Made by a program: the position numbers and the translations under genes
Notes under the pieces: model-generated
Databases searched by the model: none
Told to the model about the DNA's origin: nothing
What the model saw: only the letters and a program-made list of their open reading frames with translations
DNA from: Lytechinus pictus
Taxonomy: Eukaryota
Assembly: GCF_037042905.1 (NCBI RefSeq)
Contig: NC_087249.1
Coordinates: 7,566,001 to 7,630,000 of the forward strand
Reading direction: 5' to 3'
Length of the DNA stretch: 64,000 nt
Shown here: positions 12,841 to 25,917 of the stretch, in pieces
Layout of the letters: each line of letters begins with the position of its first letter
Numbering within the stretch: the stretch's first letter is position 1

Positions 12841-15800
12841 ACGTGTTGTTTTTTAAAAAAAGTTCCATGACATTTGCTCCTGCGACAATTGCTCTGCTTT
12901 AAATTCCAAACCCTATAGAATTACCAACTTCAGCAATGTATTTAATACAATACCCTATCATAAACCTAAACCTAACATAAAACCCCATTGCAACCCTAAC
13001 CCTTTATCTTAGACGAAATAAAGCACAGACCAATTGTCGCCGGAGCAACTGTCGTGTCACCGACAAAAAAGGATGAAATAATCCCATTTCCGTTTTGATC
13101 AATAACCTCATAATTTTAACCTTTTATCCGATGGCGTATAGGCTGGTTTTGAGCATGCTGGGTAGGTGCACATCCTTGGGAGGTTGAACTAAAGCACCCC
13201 CCCCCCCCCCCGCCTATACGCCCTTGTTATCTAGTGCAGATCGGAATACCCTTTTGACGGGCCAACACATTCATTCTAAATAGTGAGAAAATTGCTCATC
13301 TGTTCTGAACAAAATTAAACAAATGAAAAATGAAAATATTCTCTTTCCACAAAAAATACCTTTAACGCACCCATTTACACACAACAACACCACTATAAGC
13401 AACATCTCCTCTACCATCAACAGCACCAGGTAACATTACCACAACCGGTACCAACACCACAAACATCACCACTATCAACTTGCACCAATCCTTCACACAC
13501 GGCATGTATTTCCCCTCCAACCGCGCTCCACCACTAAATAATCTACGGAAATCATATATCAAATTAATTATCTCGTGGTATCCTCTTTTATGATCTTAGA
13601 TCTGACAATGTATAGAACAACAGTTTTAATAACGGTTAAGCTTTTTTATCACTTCACATTATCCCTAACGGACGTACTCTCTTAGTGTCTTATACTAAAT
13701 TTAAAAAAGAATTCCATTTACAAGTAACAAAACAACAAAATAACTTTCCTGACACCGTTGATAGCTTTAGTTCAAATAATTTATCAAATCTTTTCATTTC
13801 GAGTCACATTTCATAACCACAATCACATAATCAAATGAATTAGGTATTCAATAGACTCAAGACTCAATATCCCCACAAAAAATGGGAATATAAAAGAATC
13901 ATCCTGATTTGAGTAATTCCTTAAATGTTAAATCTTATAACAAACACTGTACAATGCTGTGTGTTAAAATATGGATACACATAACATATTGGAAGTCAAA
14001 CTTACCCAACGGTAGGTTTCTTCATTTATAATTTCACACACTTAACAAATGTTGACGTTATAGCCCTGTATATTGCAGTTGCTTTACTGTAAAAAAAATA
14101 AACACACTTAAAACACAAAAGTAAGAGTGTTAATCATTGCCGTACGCAGATTTCTTTTTTTTCAGGAGGGGCAAGATTCGTATAAATTTTTGAAGAAACT
14201 CGAAAGCGAAAGAGCTTGTCATGGGGGCGATTTTGCATTTTCTAAAAAAAATTGAAGGATTTCGTAAACACGTTTGTTGAATTCTGTAAAAATTTTCGGT
14301 TAAGAAATGAAAGTTTTCATTTTTTTTTTTTGGGGGGGGAGGGGGGGGGGGTAACTGCCACCCATGCCCCTTCCGGTTGCGTACGGCCATACTGTTAATA
14401 CAACATTGTGATCATATCAATTATACTGCAAAGTCAGCATGTCATCGCTATGATTACCAACAGCTAGTTGGTAATTATAAATTGGCAAGGTAATAGTAAA
14501 AATCGTTTACGCATTATTATGCTATACATCGAATAATATGGCAAGCGGCAAAAAAAAAAAATATTTTCAATACAACACAAAAGTCGTCTTTTTACTTGAT
14601 ATCGTTGAAAACATCCATTCTCATTACTTTGTATGTTCCTATGCTCTTACTTGTTACAAATTGCATTTTAGGAAGCAAGTATTTGGATAGGTTACTAACA
14701 ATTCACTCTATCGGTAGCCTATATGAAAACCTTTGTTTTGATTTTCCGTAGAAATATAGGCGCAGATCCAGGGAGGGGCGGACTGTAAGGGCACATCCCG
14801 TAAAAAAAGGAAAGGCGCACTCCTAAAAAAATGAAGTTCTTGAATTTGTGCATCGATGGCCTTTGTTTTCTTTTCTTTTATTCTTATTTTTTCTATTTTT
14901 TTTTACAAATCACATCCCTGTTAACCCCCCCCCCCCCCCCGGATCCGCGGGTGGAATGTATAAATATATAAATGAATCCAAGCAGTTTTCAATGTTTTAA
15001 GCATACTTCATTCGCAAATGTGTATAAATGGTAATCGATGCATCATTAATTCTGAGGGATGATAATGACCAGTGCATTTGCAATGATTTATTTGAATATA
15101 GATTTCAATATTGCTCAAGCTGATATTTATCATTATCATTATCTATAACACCTCGTTTTTTACATGACACATTAAATCCATTTAATTATCCTACAATAAT
15201 TTTTATTCGTAAAAAATAGGCAAACATTGTTATAAGCAATATATTGGAATAACAATTCATTATTCATTGTATAGAAAAACAAATGTTCAATCAATAAGCA
15301 ATAAGTTTGTGAAAAGGTAAGGTAGAGCAGATTGTTTGAGGTTTCGAAAATATAATCTGATTTTTTTTTTTTTAACTCATCGGTAATTTACAAACGCTAA
15401 AATAACAATTGCAAGATTGGAAAATATTCCTTTCTCTCGTCAATAATACTGTTCGAAAACTACAATTGGAATTGAATACACGATTTGTATCAGTGTCCCT
15501 CAAATACACCGTTATTGATTTTAAAAATAAATGACCATCACCATAAAATTTCATATTTCTACTCTCTAAAAAGGAGAACGGGAAGTTTATTATTCATTTC
15601 ATTCCTTGCGGCCACTTCTGAATGAGAGAAAATGTGCATTCAATCTAAACCATTATAATTCACTCTTTGTCTGCACTCTAAATGAGGCGTTTCGGAGGGG
15701 GGGGGGGGTGTCTCGCTTTTTCTTCTTTTTCATGTAGCAATTTATATTTTTCTTGGGAATCATTAATGAACTATACCACGACTTTATTCACATAGATCAT

Positions 15801-17320
15801 TCTACCAACAAGTAAACTAGCATAAACACAGAAGGAAATTTCAAAATTATACAATGCTTGAGTTCATGTGAAGTACATACAAAAATATATATTACAAGAA
15901 TGCATTTATGGTGAATGTGTTGAGCATGATGTCGCCAGTTTAGGTCATATATCGATTCATCATTCAAAATATATAGTCATCTGAATCATCGCTTCACATG
16001 ACAACATCAAGTTGCACAAAAGAACATAAATTTACATAAAATGATAAATACAGTCATTTAAAAACAAAATTCTGTCGATGTGCATCGTATAACTATTAAG
16101 ATGCTATAACAGTCGTCTGATAATAGAGTTGCATTGCATGCCTTGATGATATAACAACATCCATCGCTATATTAATCTCTGAGCATAAACTTGATATTGG
16201 CTTTGGTATTACGAACCCATAATGAGCCCAAAATTTTGAGGGGGCTAGAAATGGCGCATTGCGTAACATTATTTCATAAAGAGTTGCGAGCAAGCAAACA
16301 TTGTGACATTACAAAAATCAAATTTTGTGATAGATTTTGACATAATATTCAGAAAATTAAATCATATATCACCCTTCTCTCTTTCCTTTTCTCCTCCCCC
16401 CTTTTTTTTTTCTTGGTCGTGAAAAATCTAGGGGGGGGGGGCAAGAGCCCACCCATCTGTACATCAGTGCCATAATTGACATAAGATGTGGTATACATTT
16501 GTAATTTATAAGCACACCAAGTACTTGAAGTGACAGTATTGTCCGGGAATGATTTCTGAAGCCATATTTTTTTTTTACGAAGACGAGGACAAAAACGAGA
16601 CAAGGAAAAAATTCAAGGTAGAGGTAAACCGAGATTTTTCATCCTCTGATTCCCATCATTTCATCTCAGGCTTCGTGACCCGAGTTAAACCAGAATTCAT
16701 GATACGGGTCAATGAAAATAATTATTAATAATTCAAAAGAAATCACCTTTTTTCAGTAATAAAGTTCACAACTTTCAGCATACTTATAATACCAGAGAAC
16801 AGTGGTTCTTGGACACTTAAAACAGCATTATTTTCATGTACGTAATACATTATTGATAAAGTCATATTTTTACATTATCCTTTAAAGGATTTAAAATCCT
16901 CATGAACCCGTCATCATTATTATACATTGTATATCCGAAATATAATTGCATATTGAGAACAATATCTAACTGTTTGGAAGGTTTGAGAATTAAGATATTT
17001 CGTAAAAACCAGATACACGAAGATGCGTTATGGAGGCACTTTATATCGAGATTCAAAACATACTCAATACAGGACATTGTGAATTTCATCAGAAAGATAA
17101 AAAAACAAACTGTTTGATTGAAGATTGTTTCCTCATATGCTGCTTCCCAAATTTAAGATTGGCATTTTATTTACACATTGTAACTTAGTCTACAGTATAT
17201 ATAATGCAGGTTTTTTTTTTGGTATACTTTCATATGAATTCATCTAATAATGATTCAGTTCGCTTTTCGCCTCCCAGGCACAGGTGACGCCAAACAAATA
17301 ATAATAATAATAATAATAAT

Positions 17321-18290
17321 AGACATGGTTTGAAATTACAATATGACTGATTGAAACTCACATCACTTTCATTCACTGTGAAAGATCATTGGTCGAATTT
17401 CATTTTCATCATCAGAATCAACTTTACAAGCAAGGAAATAAGCTATCGCAAGAATTGTAGTAATAGTATGAATATCAATAGAATCAATAGAAGCTATTTC
17501 TTACTGGAAATGCAGTTTTTCCATATAAATTATATAGACATGATTTAAAGTTACAATATGACTGATTGAAACTCACATCACTTTCATTCACTGTGAAAGA
17601 TCATTGCTCGAATTTCATTCTCACCAGGTTATAATTCTATAGAATCAACTTTATACACTGAAAAAAAAACGCCGATGCACTGTAAAAAATGAAGTGCTAA
17701 TTTAGCACTTACAGTGCTTATATAGTGACTGCACTACGAGTGCTGATTTTCTTGTTCAAATTTAAACTAGAAAATCAGCACTCGTAGTGCTGTCACTATG
17801 CAAGCACTGTAAGTGCTAAATCAGCACTTCATTTTTTACAGTGTGTTAATTTAACACTATAGCCTGGTATCTATATCGGTCCACACCAGAGAGATGTTGA
17901 AGCAACACCGGTTTGGCGTTAGGCTAACACCAGATATGCATTAAAGAAATTAGTGTTAAACCAATATCGGTTTGATTCTAAACTGGTGTAATTGTTTCAA
18001 CACTTTTCTGGTGTTTTCCGATATCGATACCGGGTTGGTGATGAATTAACACCGGCGTTTTTGCAGTGCAGTATATATACATGCAATTCCATATAAATTG
18101 ATCTAGACATGATTAGAAATTACAATATGACTGATTGAACATGTTGAAACTCACATCACTTTCATTCGTTGTGAAAGATCATTGGTCGAATTTCATTCTC
18201 AACAGATTATAATTCTATAGAATCAACTTTGTAAGCAAGTAAAGAAGGTATCGCAAGAACTCGAGTAATGAATATCAAAAGAAATTATAA
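17321..18290. repeat. Three tandem ~215-bp units (starts 17321, 17536, 18105); the second is interrupted by a MITE
   Basis: AGACATG...TTACAATATGACTGATTGAA...CTCACATCACTTTCATTC...GTGAAAGATCATTG occurs three times. Confidence 0.8.
17656..18068. mobile_element. CACTG-terminal (CMC/EnSpm-like) MITE carrying a nested palindromic MITE at 17678-17843
   Basis: Outer CACTG...CAGTG; inner near-perfect hairpin CACTGTAAAAAATGAAGTGC...GCACTTCATTTTTTACAGTG flanked by TG/TG. An uninterrupted relative of the outer element is at ~61626-61826. Other CACT-ended MITEs at ~9313-9501, ~23215-23435 and ~46228-46468. Confidence 0.8.
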
Positions 18291-18501
18291 TTAATTGATT
18301 TTCCAAAGTTGCAATATATTGTACGTAGTTATTATTCATTTACAAATGAAAAAAATAATAAATATAAAAGCCGCAACTTTAAATCGGAAATTCAGCTCGC
18401 GTATAAAGAACAGTAACACCTTTTTTTCAAAAAACAAACTGAACATATTAATAATACTTTGCGGTAAAGGAATAAAAAACTACACAACCCCCCCCCCCCC
18501 C

Positions 18502-18532
<31 letters not shown>

Positions 18533-18661
18533 TATCATTTGTATATATTAAGAACAATATCACTTTTTTAACAAATTAAAAATATGAAAATACATTGAGG
18601 AAAAGGAATAAACATGTAGGCTTACACGTGACATTTATAATTACTGAATAGAGAAATTACA

Positions 18662-19546
18662 TTATTTCGTTGCAATCTTCTGTTTCTTCGTATCGTATCC
18701 ATTGAACTCCCATCCCATCAGCTTATCCAGCCACGTCAGATGTGGCATGTAATTCGACATCGGCTTCATGTGGTGGAGATCGTGCTTGCGGGGTCCGGCT
18801 ACGATGTTGAAAGGGACGATGAGTGAGAGGGAGAAGGGGAACTCGTAGCCGCAGTGCGCCTCGACGCTTATCCAGATATTGAAGAGCTGGAAGCCGAAGT
18901 AACTGAGGGTGTGGACTCCGAGCATCTTGGGGATGATGGCCGTGGTGGCGCCGACGAAGATGAGTTCGGCGGGGTGGAGGTACTGGGTTACCCAGCAGAA
19001 CGGGGAATGGTACTGATGGTGGACCGAATGAATTGCCCGGTACACCCACCTATTGGTGTGGAACCAGTAGTGGAGGACGCCGTAGGAGAGATCGAACAGG
19101 AAGAGACTGATTGTCTGGTCCCAGAGGAACTGCGTCAGGAGCGGGGCGTCGTCATCAAGAGGAAAGGGCGGTGAGTAGATGTACTGGAGCACTCCAGCTG
19201 GGACGATATAGAGGGCATGGTTCCACATGGTGAGTACCAAGGTGGTGTAGAGCTGCGGTGCTGTCACATTGATGTCCTGGTGAAGCTTGTACTTGCGAAG
19301 CCATGCCCAGTGTTTGACGCCATACAGGTCGAGGAACATGTAAATGAGGCAGAGAGTGAAGTAATAACTGATGGCCATTCCGACGGGGAACGCCGGTGAG
19401 CAGAGGACCTCGTCACCAAAGAAGCTCCGGAGTCCGTCCCATAGAGGTTGGAGAGCTGAACGACTTCCATCGAAGCCAGCGATGTCCATAGGTATACGAG
19501 AGAAATTATTCCAGACGACAGATAGATCTTGGCTGACCGCAGCCAT
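18662..19546 (-). CDS. CH25H: Cholesterol 25-hydroxylase-like membrane di-iron hydroxylase (fatty acid hydroxylase superfamily), single coding exon, 294 aa
   Basis: Uninterrupted ORF with three His boxes (HYWFH, HSVHH, HDLHH), WISVEAHCGY, N-terminal LQPLWD and SPAFP motifs typical of CH25H-like proteins, and hydrophobic segments. Exact substrate is not established. Confidence 0.88.
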   Translation of the reverse strand: MAAVSQDLSVVWNNFSRIPMDIAGFDGSRSALQPLWDGLRSFFGDEVLCSPAFPVGMAISYYFTLCLIYMFLDLYGVKHWAWLRKYKLHQDINVTAPQLYTTLVLTMWNHALYIVPAGVLQYIYSPPFPLDDDAPLLTQFLWDQTISLFLFDLSYGVLHYWFHTNRWVYRAIHSVHHQYHSPFCWVTQYLHPAELIFVGATTAIIPKMLGVHTLSYFGFQLFNIWISVEAHCGYEFPFSLSLIVPFNIVAGPRKHDLHHMKPMSNYMPHLTWLDKLMGWEFNGYDTKKQKIATK

Positions 19547-21932
19547 CTTTGCGGGTTATTTTTCTATACAGTCTTTCACTTTAATAATCAAACGTTGTAT
19601 GACTTCTGAATATTATCCTACGTAGTTAATGCTCTCTAACGTGAGATCTAGATGTATGCATTGCGGGTGAGCATTTTTTAATGTATTCAATGTAGATCAT
19701 GAGGATGGCAAGTTAATTTGGCTATCGTGACGATTTATTTTGTTCAAGAAAGGAAGAGATTACCAAGTGAACCTAGACGATTAAATGAACAAAAATGACA
19801 AAATCTTGACAGTTACCTCTAATATTATGTTTTCCAAGTATCATCCCTGTGTTTACCTTCAGACCGATGTTTTTGGATGCAGCAATCCGATTGGATGACT
19901 TCAGATGTGTATTATCTTAATGATCAAAAACGCTGTAGCATTGAAGAGATAAAACGCTCTTGTCTTGCACAATCAAAATTCTGTTGCAAACACGTAGACA
20001 TTTTCAGTAATATTTTCCCATTTTGTTGAAGTTCACCTTGAGAATTAGAAGCGAGTCGTGTAAGCGGCCTATACATGTCATGTACGTTGTGAAAGTAAAT
20101 GAGTGTATCCGCCTTGACATACACGTACACATCCGTGCGGTTTTCATGCAGACGGCATATTATACAGCGAGCAAAAGTTTGTTCACCTTGTTATAAACTC
20201 AACTGAGAAAAGTTTGATGAACTCTTTTTCGATCTCGATCGTCGAATCGATGCTCGTAATTTCATTTCTATAGGGTCTCGTTGCAGTTGAAGATTACTTT
20301 TTTAAAGAAACGAATGAATCAAAATTTCCTATTCGCAATCAAACGAAAAGCACCGTAAATTTGTATTCCTGGTTTTTCAAAGTGGATATATAAATGTTTT
20401 ATTCACATTTCACCCCATTTCGCGCACAAGAAAGGAACATCTAAGAATTTTTTTATGATAATGGTGTGCATACTATACTTTTCACCAATCTTCATGATTT
20501 GTGTCGTGTTTTAAATATAAAGACAGGGTATATCACGTGATCTGTATGTCGTCATAATCATACATGTACTATCATATCATATTGACTTTGATCGCTTCTC
20601 CTTTTAAACGTATATGCTTCTCAACGCGCATAGCTTCGTGATGATGATGATATAATTTAGCCGTAAAACAGATATTAAAGGTAGATTCATTTATATTATA
20701 GGGTTTTGAAATGCCAATCTGGAGGGGGGGGGGGGGAGACGCACGAATTCAAAACAAATGTCAAACTTGACGGACAACATGATGACATGGATGGTGAGGG
20801 AGAGGATAGCTTTTTTTTATACCAACATCGTTAGCCAGTGGCGTAACTACGCCCCCCCCCCCCATCGGCTGGCAAAACAAAAACTGGGGGAAAGGAGAAA
20901 GGAAGAGAAATGTTATATTAAATGTGAAATATTTATTTCATGACTTTATGAAACATATTTTGCCCAGGGCCTATGTGTTCATCGTTCCCGATACTTGCAT
21001 TGTCTGTTTAACGAGATATATAATCCTGTTGTACTAAAACATCCCGTTTTCAAGCAGTTTTTGTGTGCAGATGATGTCATATCCCCACGTGTACTTTTGT
21101 ATTTTATTATATGAAATTAGGTTTATTCAAAAAATTCTACCAAGAACTAAAGCAATTGAATTGACAACGATTAAGTGCATCAATTATTAATTGCTGCAAC
21201 TTAATCCATCATACTGGAGACCAATCATTTACACATTTATGAAAAATGAAACAATTATGATTTCATGTAATAACATAGGAAAGTGGGGATGTGACATCAT
21301 CAGCCCATCTAATGAACATTTATGAAGACATGCCTAGAACTTTTTTACCGAAATAAGGCAAATCTTTAAAATTCAATAACTTCGTTATTTCTTATCCGAT
21401 TTTGATGAAATTTTCAGCATATTGCGCTATGAATTTTACTCTTTTATTTAGATATAAATATTTTCAGCTCGGAGTATCCAAAATGTCCCCGTTTGATGGG
21501 GTCAATATATAAAAAAAATTCAGCTCGCGCTTCGTGCTCGCATTGTTTGTTTAGCGAGACGGGTACGTATCATGGTTACAAGAATTTGCTTATAATGTCC
21601 CTTTTTAGGTCTGAATATCAAAAATTTTCAGCTCTCGCTTCGCGCTCGCATTATTTGATCAGCGAGATACGTACATATCCTTTTAATGGCACAGTCCTTA
21701 AAAAGTCTCTATTAGGCGATCGCGCGCCCACTAAGTGATTCAAAATTATGGCTGGTCCCCCCCCCCCCCTTTGCCGTGACCCACGGTACGCCATTTACGT
21801 TAGCAATATTTGTTTTCTTTCAATATCCGACTTAAGTGAATTTGAGTTGTCTCGTTTATTTTTCGCTATGCTAATATTACGGACACGATACTACAAACAA
21901 TGTTTACCACGCCTTTTGGTGACAAAATAAAG

Positions 21933-22198
21933 CAGGGGCGGATCCAGGAGCTTCCAAGGTAGAGGCACACTTTCCCATAGAAAATTTTGACAAGCAAAAA
22001 AAAAAGTTTAGGGTATACTTCGTCCACGAAAAAATTTGACAAGCAAAAATTATTTTTGTGTAAGTCTTCACTTTCAAAGGGGGGGAGGGGCACACTTCTG
22101 TTTTAACGGCATTTTAACATAACAAATTTTAATTGTGCCTCTCAAGGGGGGCGCCCGGGCCGGCTTTGCCCCCCCCCCCCCATCCCCGGATCCGCCAG
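21933..22198. mobile_element. GGCGGATCC-terminal poly-G/poly-C MITE (relatives at ~14758-14949, ~30155-30420)
   Basis: CAGGGGCGGATCCAGG...CCGGATCCGCC inverted ends with internal G/C runs. Confidence 0.6.
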
Positions 22199-24759
22199 GG
22201 AAATGAGGTACAATTATGATCGAATACCATGATTGTGTTTTATAGGCCTTCTCATGTTATTACTTGGCAGGCGGCGATTTTGTTGGGTTTTTAACCAAAG
22301 TGCGCATGCGTTTGGAGCGGTGAGCCATAACAAAAAAGTACTAAGGTCTTATGACTGTAGGCTGTCGGTCTCGCGTGCTGTCGGTCTTTTGGGTTGTCGG
22401 TCTCGTGAGTGTAACAAGTTACATAAGGGATCTTATCCATGAGAGAAGTGATAAGTAAGTTAGTTTCAACAGCATTGAACTCGTCCGATTAGAAACTCGG
22501 TTTGTTTAATTTTCGTAAGACATTGGCTTCTATTGGATCATATTTTGGGGTACGTGTTCAATAACAACGAGTTTTGATCATTTAATTTCATCTATTAATT
22601 TGGGCTTGATATAATCAAAACAGCACACTATTACAAAATTCAAGCCCATTCTTGGGAATTTCATAAACGGAACATTGCATCTTTAATTATTATTACCACC
22701 ATTATGCCATAATTATATAGATTGTATGACGTAGTAGGCCTACATAGTTCATAACGATGCCCATTTTGAATTATGTTACCTATTCAATATTAAGCGTGTC
22801 ATAGGTGCCGTGGAATTCTCAGTTGATTGGGTTTTTTATATATTTATTATATCATTCAAATTCATTTTAAAGCTGAAGACCAGAACGCCCCCACGGTTCC
22901 CACAACCTAATTTCCTTGCTCTCTTGCTTCGCTAGCTCGTAGAATAACAGGCTAAATTTATGACGATATTTACACCGTAAAAAATGACTATATTCACACT
23001 GGTAAAAAACGCTGTTTAAGACTTTAAGCACATTGTTAAAGCCCGTATAATCTAACAACTATTGTTTCAACTTTTGAACAAGTTGTGTTTTAACTTTTGA
23101 TAAACAAGTTGTTTAAAAAATATAAACAATTGTTAAAATTTTTATACAATATTCGTTAGAGTGACAGGTTTAAACCACGGATCTTAGACAAACTGCTTAA
23201 AATTTAAAGCATCCACTCTTAAAACAAATGAGTCAAATTGACTAGACCAGTAGTAAGCTGGGTGCAACTGGTATGGCTATCACTGATAGTCACATTTCTG
23301 ACATAATATTCTAGTCAGAAATAACTCTGTTCTGGTAAAACAAGACTAGAAAATAGTCAAATATGACTAGAATAACAGTTGCACCCAGCTGACCCTATTA
23401 AATAGTCATTTTTGCCTGATTGGTTTTTAGAGTGTCGTTTTTATACAGAGGTCACTTTCAGTCCAGTAACTATAAGATGTCTACTATCATGTTTTTTTTT
23501 TTGGGGGGGTGGGGTTATTTGCAGCTTGGTGTCTTCCCCCAAATTTTACCCAAAATATAGGCCTTCATACTTATTGAATTATTTTTTTCGGAATGATCTC
23601 ACATAATGAATAATACATCCCTCTTGTTAGTGAATCGTTTCGTTCGCTCGTCGGTTGAAACAGAAATGCTTCGGACGGCGAGTAAAATTCCCAAAACAAT
23701 ATATTCATATTTGAGAGAAATACTGATCGAAAATCTACATGTTTCCAAAATCTAAGTAATGATACTAATTTATGATTTTCACAGTTAGCTATGATTATGA
23801 AATAACGCTTTTAACAAAAAAGGCGCATTTTCCCATTGGTTGCACTGGCTCATATTCTTTTGAAAAGCAAATGAATTCTTCAGAGCAGGATGAGGAGGCA
23901 AATGATATATAAAAAATCCCATTCGAGTTAGAGCATAATTTATTTTTATTAAAAAAAAAAAAAACGATGAAAATAGATATTGTTTTGAATTGTCCTCCGT
24001 CGCTTTGTGTGATATATAGATTTAAGGTGCATCCAGCATGTCCAGTGGCAAAACAGGGCCCAGTTTTTTTTTTCTTCTTTCTTTTTAATTTTAATATTTT
24101 TCACGGTCTCTCATACACAATTTGTGATAACTAATGCAGTCAATTATAAAAATAAGCTCCAGGGTCAATCACTATATAGGCTTATGTTACAGGGCCCAAG
24201 ATAGTATTCGCATTTGCTTCAAATTCCGTTCTTTTCTGGTATCAAGTAAGGACACGATGGCCCATATTCTGAAGTACAGTTTAATTGAAAGTATATTCTA
24301 ACTCTTTGCCTAATTTGCGGGAAGTTAAAAGTAAAAAAATGAAGAAAAAAATAATAAAAAGTTCTTTTTTTTATTGTATATTGCTTATTTTTACTGTATT
24401 CTTTCCTCATGATTTTTAGTGGTGAAGTAATTATTATTTCAGTTATTGTTCCCAGACAATTGTGAATGAATTGGACACCTAGTGTACTATGACTCGAACC
24501 TGCGTTATTAGAAATATAGTGTCGTATTTGGGTATCCACTATTAAGCAACGAAATCAACCCGAGTTCAGACTGCGGGCCGATATGCATACACCGTCAGCC
24601 CTGACCAAAATCGTCTTGCGTAATCGTTTGGCAAAATATTACATAATGATGAAATTGTGTTGTCCTGCAATTCGATAATAGGAAATAAGTTTCGCAATAA
24701 CTACGCAGACGCTTTCTATAACGCAGATCATCTTTTTTCCATAGCCCTTTATAAAAAGT

Positions 24760-25041
24760 GGAGCGTTGTGGCCCAGTGGATTAGTCTCCGGACTTTGAAA
24801 CAGAGGGTCGTGGGTTCAAATCCCAGCCATGACGTAGTTTCCTTCAGCAAGAATTTAATCCACATTGTGCTGCACTCAACCCAGGTGAGGTGAATGGGTA
24901 TCTGTCAGGAATTAATTCCTTGAAATGCCGAGCGCGTGAAAGCTGCTTGAGCTACAGCCAGGGTAATAACATCCAAGTCCTTTGGAAGCGCATAGAAACG
25001 TTATTCATAATGTGTTATGCGCTATACATGAACTGACTATC

Positions 25042-25085
<44 letters not shown>
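24760..25085 (+). mobile_element. tRNA-derived SINE (family 2; central domain resembles the MetaSINE-type core) with (ATT)n tail
   Basis: TGGCCCAGTGG A box, GGTTCAAATCC B box, core CCTTCAGCAAG...GCACTCAACCCAGGTG...AATGGGTA, then an ATT-repeat tail. Confidence 0.8.
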
Positions 25086-25087
<2 letters not shown>

Positions 25088-25500
25088 CTCTAAACAGGAT
25101 CAAGTCCGTATTTTTTTCTTGAATAACTTTGCTCTAACAAAAAGCACCAAGTAATTTCAAGTGCAACTAGGAACTTTACACTACTAATGTCCGAGAGTCT
25201 TTCTTATCAATCTGGTTGTACCCAAGATAGCTGCCTTCTGAATGTCGTACATCCGAAGGTGAGGAGAGATCTTGGTTATGCAGGCTTCCATTCCCTTCTT
25301 CACCATTCCTGAGTGACCAATGATGACTGGTGTGACCTCTGCTTTCACGTTCCACATCCTCTCGATCTCAATCCTTGGGTCTTGATACTTGAGCCGTTTG
25401 TCTCTTTCCTTTTATTACAGCAATGTTGATATCGTGGGGAACAGAGACCTCAATGATATTTACTACGTTGTTGTCTCTGACGATGATGTCCGGCTTGTTG
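25086..25500 (-). mobile_element. 3' fragment of an R4/Dong-like RLE non-LTR retrotransposon
   Basis: Minus strand reads NKPDII...IIEVSVPHD...DKRLKYQDPRIEIERMWNVKAEVTPVIIGHSGMVKKG...IQKAAILGTTRLIRKTLG (one frameshift), the typical R4-clade RLE C-terminus. Flanked on both sides by (ATT)n. Confidence 0.82.
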
Positions 25501-25532
25501 TTATTATTATTATTATTATGATTATTATTATG

Positions 25533-25597
<65 letters not shown>

Positions 25598-25917
25598 TAG
25601 CGAAGCAGCTTTGTCGAAAATCAGTGAATCATAACAGCAGCGTCGTCCTGGGCCCCGCCTTACAAAGAGTTGCGATTGATCCGATCAATCGCACCAATGG
25701 ACGGCCAGCAACGTCAACATCTATTATGCATGTTTGTTCAAAATATTTTCTAACTATGTTGTATAATCATGCATTCAACGTTTTCTTGAAAATTCACTGT
25801 GCTTCTCTTTGTTTACTGAGGACATTGTGTAAATTAGTCCTGTAAAAAAAATATGACACTGATGGATTTCCATAGAGTTACGATTGATTGGATCAATCGT
25901 AACTCTTTGTAAGACAG

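Noticed and set aside
12960..13005. Telomere-like CCTAA(A/C) repeats
   Set aside because: A few degenerate units internal to a small TIR element (~12865-13061), not an interstitial telomere array.
18662..19546. Horizontal transfer or retrocopy origin of the intronless hydroxylase
   Set aside because: Lack of introns is normal for CH25H, the motifs are animal-type, and no poly(A)/TSD hallmarks flank the CDS.
18723..19625. Overlapping alternative-frame and antisense ORFs on the CH25H-like gene
   Set aside because: Expected shadows of a GC-rich CDS; no recognisable motifs.
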